64,000 nucleotides of DNA, from positions 136,214,001-136,278,000 of the forward strand of contig NC_042999.1 of NCBI RefSeq assembly GCF_006345805.1, in the 5' to 3' direction. Each line of letters opens with the position of its first letter. Positions within the stretch are counted from its first letter, which is position 1. Shown one piece after another: positions 1 through 9,889 of the stretch. Source of the DNA: Octopus sinensis (taxonomy: Eukaryota). The position numbers and the translations under genes were made by a program. The notes beneath the pieces are model-generated. The model did not search any database and had not been told where the DNA came from. It was given only the letters and a program-made list of their open reading frames with translations.

Positions 1-385
1 GAGTGGCTGTGTGGTAAGTAGCTTGCTAACCAGCCACATGGTTCCGGGTTCAGTCCCACTGCGTGGCATCTTGGGCAAGTGTCTTCTGCTATAGCCTCGG
101 GCCGACCAATGCCTTGTGAGTGGATTTGGCAGACGGAAACTGAAAGAAGCCTGTCGTATATATGTATATATATATATATGTGTGTGTCTGTGTTTGTCCC
201 CCTAGCATTACTTAACAACCGATGCTGGTGTGTTTACGTCCCCGTCACTTAGCGGTTCGGCAAAAGAGACTGATAGAATAAGTACTGGGCTTACAAAGAA
301 TAAGTCCCGGGGTCGATTTGCTCGACTAAAGGCGGTGCTCCAGCATGGCCACAGTCAAATGACTGAAACAAGTAAAAGAGAGTAT
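1..385 (+). mobile_element. tRNA-derived SINE family A (head, internal (TA)/(TG) microsatellite, 3' module)
   Basis: Head GAGTGGCTGTGTGGTAAG...GGTTCAGTCCCAC with A/B-box-like motifs, CTTGGGCAAGT (CORE-like), then a (TA)/(TG) run, then a 3' module ending ACTGAAACAAGTAAAAGAG. Near-identical copy at 55925-56300. Resembles octopus OR-type SINEs (recalled, not searched). Confidence 0.85.
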
Positions 386-419
386 ACACATATATACACA
401 CATAAACAAATATAGAGAT

Positions 420-571
420 ATATGCACACATTTATATATATATATGTGTGTGTGTGTGCGTATGTATGTATATATATATATGTGTGTGTGTATATATATA
501 TGTATGTATGCATGTATGTATATATATATGTGTGTGTGGTTGTGTGTATATATATATATATATATATATTA

Positions 572-603
<32 letters not shown>

Positions 604-661
604 GTGTGTGTGTATATATATCATCATCATCATTATCATTTAGCGTCCGCTTTCCATGCTA

Positions 662-728
<67 letters not shown>

Positions 729-765
729 TGAGGGAATATTATTCCAAACTTAGAGGGAAAAATTC
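420..765. repeat. Compound microsatellite (TA)n/(TG)n/(CAT)n/(TAA)n enclosing a tiny RTE-tail remnant (~620-662)
   Basis: Directly visible. TCATTTAGCGTCCGCTTTCCATGCTAGCA is the reverse complement of the RTE 3' end at 6661-6700. Confidence 0.9.
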
Positions 766-959
766 AATTTAAAAATACTAAATCAAAATTTTACATAATA
801 TAATATATATATATATTAAAAAAAACCCACCCTTTATCAATCCAATAATGAAAAATTAAATTATATCATTTAGAAAAATTACCGATTATAGAAAGATTAA
901 ATATGAGGTAAAATATATAACGATGATTAAGTAATGTGCACATATATACATATATATAC

Positions 960-1009
<50 letters not shown>

Positions 1010-1171
1010 ATATATATATACACACACACACACACACATATATATGCATAAAGTGCACACACATATATAAACACATACACACCCATACATACATATACAT
1101 CTACATATGTTTGCATATGCATATATGTATATAAATACATATACACATGTACTCATAGACACATGCACACA

Positions 1172-2457
1172 TACGAGGGGCGTAATGCCCCTGACCCACT
1201 TCCCATAGCAGTAGAGCAACGAAACTTGGCACAGTTATTAGTCTTTTTCTACATAGGAACCACCCAGAGTTACGCATTTCTCCCATCGTTTGATGCGGCT
1301 CTGGAGACCGTTTTTGTAGAAGAACCCAGCTTGGTCCTCCAACCTCAACATGACTTCAGAAATCAAGGCTGCATCATCTGGGAAACGTTTTCCATTCAAA
1401 AACAACTTCATGATTGGGAAGAGGTGAAAATCAGAGGGTGCAAGGTCAGGAAAGTAGGGGGGATGGGGAGGAGTTCATAGCCATATGCCTGTGCTTCTGA
1501 TCTGGCGACAAGTGAGTTGTGGACCGGAGCGTTGTCCTGCAGGAGGAGGATGCCTTTGCTGATCTTGCCCCGCCTCTTGATTTTGATAACTTCTCTTAAT
1601 TTCCTCAAAAGTGAAGCATAATAGGCTCCTGCAATTGTGGTACCCTTTGCCAGGAAATCTGTCATCACTACTCCGTCCTGATCCCAGAAGACTGTGAGCA
1701 TGACCTTGTCAGCGGAGGGCTGCACCCTTGCCTTCTTTGGAGGGGATGAGTCACGGTGCTTCCTCTGCATTGACTGGGCTTTGGTCTCTGGATCATCGTG
1801 ATGGACCCAGGTTTCATCCTGTGTAATCAGTCTTTTGAAAAATTTTGACTCATCTTCTTGGCACATCTCCAAATTCACCCTCGAGCACTCGACGCGTTCT
1901 TGCTTCTGGAAAGGCGTGAGCAGCCTGGGAATCCATCTGGCAGACACCTTTTGCATATGCAAATGGTCATGAATGATAGTTTCCACAGACCCGGTACTAA
2001 TCTTGACCTCATGGGCTATTTGGTGAATAATTATGCGTCGATCTTCCAAAATGTCAGCCTCAACTTGACAGACAGATGCCTCATCAATCGCAGAAGGGGG
2101 CAACCAGATCTGGGAGCTGTTTCCACAGAGTTCCGACCATGTTTGAATTCACGATGCCAGCGTTTTACAAGGTCATATGATGGGGTATCATCACCATAAG
2201 TTACTTTCATTTCATCAAAAGTCTCCTGTGGTGTGCGTCCTTTCAAATACAAAAACCGGATCACTGCTCGACACTCAACAGGCTCCATTTCACACTTGAC
2301 TCGGTTCAAACACCTGTAAATCAGAGACCACAATTAATTCAGAGCTGTAATTTGCCACTTACTCTATAGAGATATAAATGATTGCACATGCAAAATTTCA
2401 GCTAGATCAAACAACTGCAAGTGGGTCAGAGGCATTACTTATTGAACGTCCCTCGTA
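1172..2457 (-). mobile_element. Mariner DNA transposon (DD34D), near full length, non-functional
   Basis: TA-flanked TIRs: TACGAGGGGCGTAATGCCCCTGACCCAC (left, short internal deletion) and GTGGGTCAGAGGCATTACTTATTGAACGTCCCTCGTA (right). Transposase on the minus strand. Confidence 0.95.
1238..2288 (-). pseudogene. Mariner transposase pseudogene (~350 codons, two frameshifts near 2105 and 1470)
   Basis: MEPVECRAVIRFLYLKG... N-terminus, WIPRLL (WVPHEL equivalent), TQDETW, LLQDNAPVH, and after a frameshift PHPPYFPDLAPSDFHLF. There are 34 residues between the 2nd and 3rd Asp. Confidence 0.93.
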
Positions 2458-2491
2458 TACATATGAATATATATTCTTCTGTTTTTTTACA

Positions 2492-2700
2492 CCTTTTACT
2501 TGTTTCAGTCATTTGACTGCAGCCATGCCTTGAAGGGTTTTAGTTGAACAAACCAACCTCAGACTTTATTTTATTTACTTTTTTTTAAGTCAAGTACTCA
2601 TTCTATCGATCTCCTTTGCTGGGGATGTAAACACACCAACACCAGTTGTCAAGTGGTGATAGAGGAACAAACACAGACACAAAGACACACACTCATAGAT
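2492..2700 (-). mobile_element. SINE family A 3' module
   Basis: Reverse complement of the 180-385 module, degraded. Confidence 0.75.
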
Positions 2701-2715
2701 ACATACATACATACA

Positions 2716-2751
<36 letters not shown>

Positions 2752-2756
2752 TTTAT

Positions 2757-3562
2757 ATATAGGTGAGAAAGTTGGTGTGTGAAAGCACATGGTTGAATAT
2801 ATAGAAAATAGTAAAAAGTGAAAAAACTACAGAAGGCTTGTTTTAAAAGGTTAAAAAATATATATTTGAGTCATTATATCAGAAGAATGTTCTTTTTTTT
2901 TTTTTTTTTTTTTCATACAGTGACATAGTTTTTGAAGAAATTGTAGTTTTATCCGAGGTATTAGTCTTCTGTGGCATTTTCGGTCTCATGTGTTTGAATT
3001 TATAGAAAATAGTAAAAAGTGAAAAAACTACAGAAGGCTTGTTTTAAAAGGTTAAAAATATATATATTTGAGTTTATGTCAGAAGAATGTTATAAATTTT
3101 TTTTTTTTTTTTCATACAGTGACATAGTTTTTGAAGAAATTGTACTTTTATCCAAGGTATTAGTCTTCTGTGGCATTTTCGGTCTCACGTGTTTTATATA
3201 TAGGTGAGAAAGTTGGTGTGTGAAAATTTATAACATTCTTCTGACATAATGACTCAAATATATATTTTTTAACCTTTTAAAACAAGCCTTCTGTAGTTTT
3301 TTCACTTTTTACTATTTTCTATATATTCAACCACGTGCTTTCACACACCAACTTTCTCACCTATATATAAAACACGTGAGACCGAAAATGCCACAGAAGA
3401 CTAATACCTCGGATAAAACTACAATTTCTTCAAAAACTATGTCACTGTATGAAACCCCCCCCCCCAAAAAAAAACATTCTTCTGACATAATGACTCAAAT
3501 ATATATTTTTTAACCTTTTAAAACAAGCCTTCTGTAGTTTTTTCACTTTTTACTATTTTCTA
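2757..3562. repeat. Inverted array of ~100-250 bp units related to the Penelope-like 3' terminus
   Basis: GAAAATAGTAAAAAGTGAAAAAACTACAGAAGGC starts at ~2804 and ~3004 on +, and its reverse complement ends at ~3320 and ~3560. The same motif forms the 3' end of the Penelope element at ~29070. Confidence 0.8.
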
Positions 3563-3585
3563 TATATATATATATATATATTATT

Positions 3586-3776
3586 TCGAACAAATCGTTA
3601 ACGAAGCTGTTCATTATGACCTTGGGTTTGTTGGATATTCCAGTATTGGGATGGACCTGTTTCATAACCTTATGGATGTAGTTCAAACAGCTTTCCTTTC
3701 TCTTTACTTTCTTGCTTTTCGATCCGGCTAAATTTGGCTTGATGGATTTCTTGAGATTTTCACTGTCTGACATCAT
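3586..3776 (-). pseudogene. H2B: Histone H2B-like pseudogene, 5' half (inverted)
   Basis: [64 protein letters not shown] aligns to canonical [40 protein letters not shown]. Confidence 0.9.
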
Positions 3777-3845
3777 CTACGATCACTGCAAACTCAACAA
3801 AAGCTTAGCTGATCTCAGTGAGAAGGTTCCCCAGGCCTGGGGAAC

Positions 3846-3942
3846 CTTTGTTAACGATTTGTTCGAGAGAATTGCTGTCGAAGCCAGTCGTTTGGCTCAC
3901 TACAACAGATGTTTGACCATCAATAGACAAGAAATTCAAACT
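3846..3942 (+). pseudogene. H2B: Histone H2B-like pseudogene, 3' part (truncated after EIQT)
   Basis: [32 protein letters not shown] aligns to canonical [32 protein letters not shown]. The C-terminal helix and stem-loop are absent. Confidence 0.9.
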
Positions 3943-3961
3943 ATAGATATATATATATATA

Positions 3962-6705
3962 TGGGTAGATAAAGTAATTGAGGTAATCAGAGTATGCGAC
4001 AGAATACTTAAGATTAGATTAGCGCTTCATCATAGTTTAGCAACCATTATATCAGCCTATGCTCCTCAGTCGGGGCTACCTGATGGACAGAAAGACCGAT
4101 TCTATGACACTCTACTGCAGACTACCTCGTTGACGAACGACAGAGACCTTCTCTTTGTGGCTGGTGACTTCAATGGTCACGTTAGACGACATGCTGGGGG
4201 CTTCCATGGCGTACATGGAGGCTATGGCTCTGGTTCCCACAACGAGGAGGGAACCAGGCTGCTGGAGTTCTGTGATGCAAATAATCTTATGATTTGCAAC
4301 ACTAACTTCAGGAAACCTACCAGCCATCTAGTCACCTACCGATCGGGCCAACATACCAGCCAAATTGACTACATCCTAGCCAGGCAAAGGGAGAGATGGC
4401 TACTTATAAATGCCAAAACCTTCCCAGGCGAAGAATGTACCCCACAACATAGACTGGTAGTTAGTGACTTTAGGATCAGGAGTAGGAGGACAACCAGAAG
4501 ACGACCAACATGGAGAAGAAGGATCTGGAAGCTTAAGGATCCTGTGAATGGACAGAGATTTAGAGACATGTTACTTGAAGCCTGTGACGAAGTAGAAGGG
4601 GATAGAGTATCACATGGGGTAGAGGACAACTGGACGTTTCTAAGGGACAACCTGCTGAGAGCCACTAACCAGATCTGTGGCTGGTGCAAAGTCCCCTCTC
4701 GTCCCAAGGTAACGTAGCGGTGGAACAGTGTCGTAGACAGGGCTATTAGAGAAAAGAGACAGACTTGGAAGCACTGGAAGAATGGTGGTAGCAGGAATTG
4801 TATCAGACTGCTAAAAGGGAAGCTAGGAGACAGGTCTATCTAGCCAGAGGGGAAGCAGATAAGAAAAAATTTGCCAATGTTCTGCACCGTGAGGACCAAA
4901 GACTGGAGGTGTTTCGCGTTGCAAGACAGTGTGTGAGAGAGAATTGTGATGTGGTGGGAGAGAAGTGTGTTCGCATGGAAGATGGCTCACTTGCGCTAAA
5001 CGAGGATGCAAAGAGAGAGGCTTGGAGACGCCACTATGAAAGGTTGCTGAATAAAGAAAATGAATGGGATAAAGAGAGTCTGCCGAACGTTGACCCAACA
5101 GAGGGACCAGCTATCAGGGTTGATAGTTCCTTAGTAGCTAAGGCAATTAGAAGCATGAAGACAGGGAAAGCCCCAGGCCCATCAGGTATCACTGCAGAGA
5201 TGCTCAAAATATCTGGTAGTGTCGGCTATTAGCCTAGTCACCTGTATAGTTAATCAGGTGATACATGAAGGAGTCATACCCAATGACTGGTGTGGCAGCA
5301 TAATAGTCAACTGCTACAAAGGTAAAGGTGATGCCCTAGATACAAATAATTACAGAGGTATCAAGCTGTTGGATCAGGTGATGAAGGTTACAGAGAGGGT
5401 CATAAGCCAACTAATTAGAGAGAGAGTTAGTTTAGATGAGATGCAGTTTGGTTTCGTGCCAGGGAAAAGTACCACCAGGCAGCTGCAGGAGAAATACCTA
5501 GCCAAAGATAAGCCCCTGTACCTGGCTTTTGTTGACATGGAGAAAGCCTTCGACAGGGTCCCCCGATCCCTCATATGGTGGTCAATGAGGAAACTAGGAA
5601 TAGATGAATGGTTAGTGAGAGCTGTGCAAGCCATGTACAGGGACGCTGCTAGTAAGGTGAGGGTTGGCAATGAGTACAGTGAAGAATTCAAAGTAGAGGT
5701 AGGGGTCCACCAAGGCTCAGTCCTCAGCCCCCTCCTATTTATCATAGTCCTCCAGGCAATAATGGAGGAATTCAAGACAGGATGCCCCTGGGAGCTCCTC
5801 TATGCTGATGACCTTGCTCTAATTGCTGAGTCATTATCAGAACTGGAGAAGAAGTTTCAGGTGTGGAAGCATGGTTTAGAATCAAAGGGCCTTAGAGTCA
5901 ACCTAGCTAAAACCAAAGTCCTAATAAGTAGGAAGGTAGACAAATCACAAACGCCTTCAGATAGATGGCCCTGCTCGATCTGTAGAAAAGGTGTAGGTAG
6001 AAACTCTATAAGATGCACCAAGTGTAAGCTATGGACACATAAGAGGTGCAGCAATGTCATAGGAGGCTGTCAGCTTCGTCTGGCACCCGTGCCGGTGATA
6101 CGTAAAAGCACCATTCGCTCGTGGCCGTTTGCCAGCTCTGCCTGGCCCCCGTGTCGGTGGCACGTAAAAGCACCATCCATTCGTGTTCGTTGCCAGCCTC
6201 GCCTGGCCCTGTGCCGGTGACACGTAAAAGCACCGTCTGTTCATGGCCGTTTGCCAGCTCTGTCTGGCCCCGTGTCGGTGGCACGTAAAAGCACCATCCG
6301 TTCGTGTCCGTTGCCAGCCTCGGCTGGCCCCCGTGCCGGTGACACATAAAAGCACCGTCCGTTCGTGGCCGTTTGCCAGCTCTGTCTGGCAACCGTGTCG
6401 GTGGCACGTAAAAGCACCATCCGTTCGCGTCCGTTGCCAGCCTCGGCTGGCCCCCGTGCCGGTGACACGTAAAAGCACCATCCGTTCGTGGCCGTTCGCC
6501 AGCTCTGTCTGGCACCAGTGCAGGTGGCACGTAAAAAACACCCACTACACTCGCGGAGTGGTTGGCGTTAGGAAGGGCATCCAGCCGTAGAAACACTGCC
6601 AGATCTGACTGGGCCTGACGAAGCCTTCCAGCTTCACAGACCCCAGTTGACCCGTCCAACCCATGCTAGCATGGAAAGCGGACGCTAAATGATGATGATG
6701 ATGAT
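3962..6705 (+). mobile_element. RTE-clade LINE, 5'-truncated within the APE domain, internally deleted after ~6065, with 3' UTR and (GAT)n tail
   Basis: Frame from 3962 reads [20 protein letters not shown]...IISAYAPQ...AGDFNGHV...SQIDYIL (APE). RT motifs GKAPGPSGI, NYRGIKLL, QFGFVPG, AFVDMEKAFDRV, GVHQGSVLSPLLF, LLYADDL. Stop at 4715, frameshifts at ~4795 and ~5228. Tail CCATGCTAGCATGGAAAGCGGACGCTAAAT(GAT)n. Confidence 0.95.
6070..6545 (+). repeat. GC-rich ~61-bp tandem array (8 units, alternating A/B) in the RTE 3' UTR
   Basis: Units of the form CCGTTCGTG..GCCAGC..CTGGC..GTG(T/C)CGGTG(G/A)CACGTAAAAGCACC are directly visible. Confidence 0.9.
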
Positions 6706-6734
6706 ATATAAATATATACACACATATATAGATA

Positions 6735-6880
6735 TACAGTTTCTGTCTATCATATCCACTCGCAAGGCCTTGGTCTGCCTGAAACTAGTAGAAGACACTT
6801 GACCAAGGTGCCAAGAATTGGAACTGAACCCAAAAAGATGTGGTTGAGAAGCAAGCTTCTTACCACACACCCACACCTGC
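6735..6880 (-). mobile_element. SINE family A head
   Basis: Degraded reverse complement of 1-150. Confidence 0.75.
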
Positions 6881-6924
6881 ATGTTTTGTCTCACATGTTA
6901 ATGATTCTGTTAGCTTGCAAACTT

Positions 6925-7524
6925 AACAAGCCTACTATAGGTGCAAAACCTGGAATTTTGTGAAAGGAGATAGTCAATTACATCAACCCCAGTACTCAAT
7001 TGGTACTTCTTTTATGAACCTTGAAAGGATGAAACGTAAAGTTGATCTTGGCGGCATTTGAACTCAGAACATAAAGGTGGGCAAAATCAGTGTGCTAACG
7101 ATTCTACTAACTAGCTCTCCACCTTAGTTAATCTTTTCTTCTATAGGCACAAGTCGACCACAGCAGAATTTGAACTCAGAATGTAGCAATGGATAAAATG
7201 CCGCTAAGCATTTCATCTAGTATGCTAATGATTCTGCCAGCTCACTACCTTAGCGATGATAATAATAATAATAATAATATAATAATAATAATAATAATAT
7301 AATAATAATAATCCTTTCTACTATAGGCACAAGGCCTGAAATGTGGAGGGAGGGGTTAAGTTGATTACATCGACCCCAGTACTCAACTGGTACTTAATTT
7401 ATCAACCCTGAAAGGATGAAAAGCAAAGTTGACTTCAGTGGAATTTGAACTCAGAATGTAAAGATGGATGAAATGCCTCTATGCATTTTGCTCAGCACAG
7501 TAACAATTCTACCAACTCACCACC

Positions 7525-7567
<43 letters not shown>

Positions 7568-7870
7568 TAATCTTTTCTACTATAGGCACAAGACCTGAAA
7601 TTGTGGTGGTGGGGGCTTGTTGATTACATTGACTCCAGTGATCAACTGGTACTTATTTTATCAATCTCAAAAGGATGAAAGGCAAAGTCAACCTCAATGG
7701 AATTTGAATTCAGAACATAAGAATAGACATTTTGCCACCAAGCATTTTGCCTGGCATGGTAATGGTTCTACCAACTCGTCTTTCTTAATAATAATAATCA
7801 TAATAATATTTTCTAATATAGGCACAACGCCTGAAATTTGGGGGGAGGGGTCTAGTCATTCTCATAGACC
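6925..7870 (-). mobile_element. Cluster of 4-5 tandem tRNA-derived SINE family B copies separated by (AAT)n
   Basis: Repeated CTTTCTACTATAGGCACAAGGCCTGAAAT...GGATGAAAGGCAAAGT...GAATTTGAACTCAGAA...CTGCCAGCTCAC, the reverse of the copy at 20108. Confidence 0.85.
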
Positions 7871-7874
7871 CCAG

Positions 7875-8099
7875 CTTTTGAGCAGGATGGGCTACCCGAC
7901 CAGAAGAAAATTCTAACTGGGTCCCACCTGCAAGGTCATGCGCTGTTTATCTTGATATGAGATCACCATATTGTGCACATATGGTTGTGATGCATGTACC
8001 TGGTGTACCCTTATCATGACGGGTAGTCACGATGGGTTGACTGGGCTTCGTATATTTTACCCCAGTGTCACTTTGATGGCATGCACTGCTCTCTCATTC

Positions 8100-8150
<51 letters not shown>
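7875..8150 (+). mobile_element. 5'-truncated copy of (AAT)n-tailed retroposon family F
   Basis: Matches the 3' part of 44115-44700 and ends CTGCTCTCTCATTC(AAT)n. Confidence 0.8.
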
Positions 8151-8154
<4 letters not shown>

Positions 8155-8652
8155 GCTTCAAATTTTGGCACAAGGCCAGTCATTTTATGAGAGCAGGTTT
8201 AGATGATTGCATCAACTTCAGTATTCAACAGGTATTTATTTTATCAATCTCTTAACCTCAGCAGAAGTGACTCAGAATGTAAAGAGCATTAAAAAATAGA
8301 AATGAATGTCACAAAACATTTTTGTCCATCCATGCTAACAATTTATGGTGGATTACATCTTTTTGTTTGGACAGGCAACCAAATATACACCATGAAATTA
8401 TTAACTCCATACACACACACACATACACATACATGCATACATACATACATACATACATACATACATACATACATACATACATACATACATACATACATAA
8501 GTACGTACGTACATACATACACATCAAGATTGTTTAATGGAAGCATTTTGAATATGCATTTAAAAGCTCCTATTCCTTTATGCTGGCTACAACTTAATGA
8601 TACCAGTTTTTTTATGTTGCACCGAGCTGTGCTAATATAATGTACAATAAAT

Positions 8653-8683
<31 letters not shown>

Positions 8684-9044
8684 TGATCCTTGGATGGAAT
8701 TTATAAACATTTAATGCTTTACGATGCATTTAATTTTTATAAATTCTATCCAAGGATTATTGTTATTATTATTATTATTACTAGCTGGACCTGTGAAAAC
8801 TTCATGATAAACATAAAAAATGTGAACATTTGTAAACTGTGTGCTGGTGCCATGAGAAATGTTTCTATATTGTGACAGTTGCAGAATATAGAAAGATGTT
8901 TAAAACCGCTAACTATATTATCCATCCAAAATATCTCAGTTATGCAAACATAAACAGAATTACAATTTAGCCTTAAAATACATCGTACTTATTCAAAGAA
9001 CCTTCTTGGTTTAGTGGTATGGCACGTTCTTCTGGTATTCTTTT

Positions 9045-9230
9045 ATTCTTTTACTTGCTTCATTCATTTAACTGTGGCCATGCTGGACCACTGCCCTTTA
9101 GTCGAAGAAATCAACCCTTGGACTTATTCCCTGTAAGCATGGTACTTATTGTATCAGTCTCTTCTGCTGAACAGCTAAGTTATGGGGATACAAACACACC
9201 AACATCAGTTGTCAAGCGATGGTGGTGGTA

Positions 9231-9282
<52 letters not shown>

Positions 9283-9400
9283 ACAAACACACACACACAC
9301 ACATACATACATATATGATGGGCTTCTTTCCGTTTCTGTCTATGAAATCCACTCACGAGGCTTTGGTCAGGCTGAGGAAAAAGTAGAAGACACACTTTAA
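9045..9400 (-). mobile_element. SINE family A with internal (CA)n
   Basis: Reverse-complement 3' module, (CA)n, and a truncated head. Confidence 0.75.
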
Positions 9401-9889
9401 AGTACAGAGTTGAATTTCATGTAGCCATCTGCTGACAACTTTTGTAGGGGGTATTACCCATTTTACTTGGCTCTTTTCACAGCTATACCCTGTTCGAAAT
9501 TTGCATTAGTTTTTATATATATATATAAAAAAAAAGCGAGTGGGACTTGTTTGTAGTTTGTAGAGGAAACATTAAACATGCCTGAAAAAAAAAATGGTTT
9601 TTCCCACCAACTGAAAGACATGAAGAACTATGAAAGAAGGTGAATAAGTACCGGGGGTGAGGGGAAAGAAGAGAGAACTAACAGTCGATCATTTTAGAAG
9701 TCCTAGAATGAAAACGTAAACACCTGAAAGACTTTCTCTCCATTCATTACTAAATGTCTTTCCATCTTCTTCATTGTTAAAAGTAAAGGTGCTAGAAAAG
9801 ATCGATCGTATTTCAGGCCAGTTTTCATTTTAAGTGACTGGAGCTTTCCTGTCTCTATCACTTCACTCCTACGGTTAAGAAAGTGAAAG

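Noticed and set aside
1-75. tRNA-like sequences at SINE heads (A, B and D families)
   Set aside because: They have A/B-box-like motifs but no complete cloverleaf and run directly into SINE bodies. No genuine tRNA gene is supported.
230-415. Recurrent small ORF MFTSPSLSGSAKETDRIST... (also 56138-56374)
   Set aside because: It recurs only because it lies within the SINE A 3' module, and the frame is not preserved in other copies.
355-1219. ORFs rich in IY/HT/CV dipeptides (also ~8300, 19100-20500, 22200-22660, 26400-27400, 36080-36650, 63040-63820)
   Set aside because: These are translations of (TA)n, (CA)n and (TATG)n microsatellites, which lack stops in some frames. They are not genes.
2900-3000. 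Hammerhead motif in the inverted array units
   Set aside because: The position equivalent to the Penelope fold shows only CAGAAGA...AAAAC with no convincing stems.
3836-3845. CCTGGGGAAC read as H2B 'PGE' codons at the junction
   Set aside because: Only 10 nt, with no flanking LLL or LAKH match. It is better explained as a foldback copy of the leader, though this cannot be fully excluded.
3543-3972. Functional H2B gene
   Set aside because: The halves are on opposite strands, the C-terminal helix (AVRLLLPGELAKHAVSEG...) and stem-loop are missing, and both frames run into (TA)n.
6070-6545. Regularly spaced repeats resembling a CRISPR array
   Set aside because: The units are contiguous with no unique spacers, there are no cas genes, and the array lies in a eukaryotic LINE 3' UTR.
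6029-6659. Long overlapping GC-rich ORFs (also 24516-24855, 33857-34172, 48279-48768)
   Set aside because: They are by-products of the GC-rich RTE UTR repeat. The periodic peptides have no domain features.
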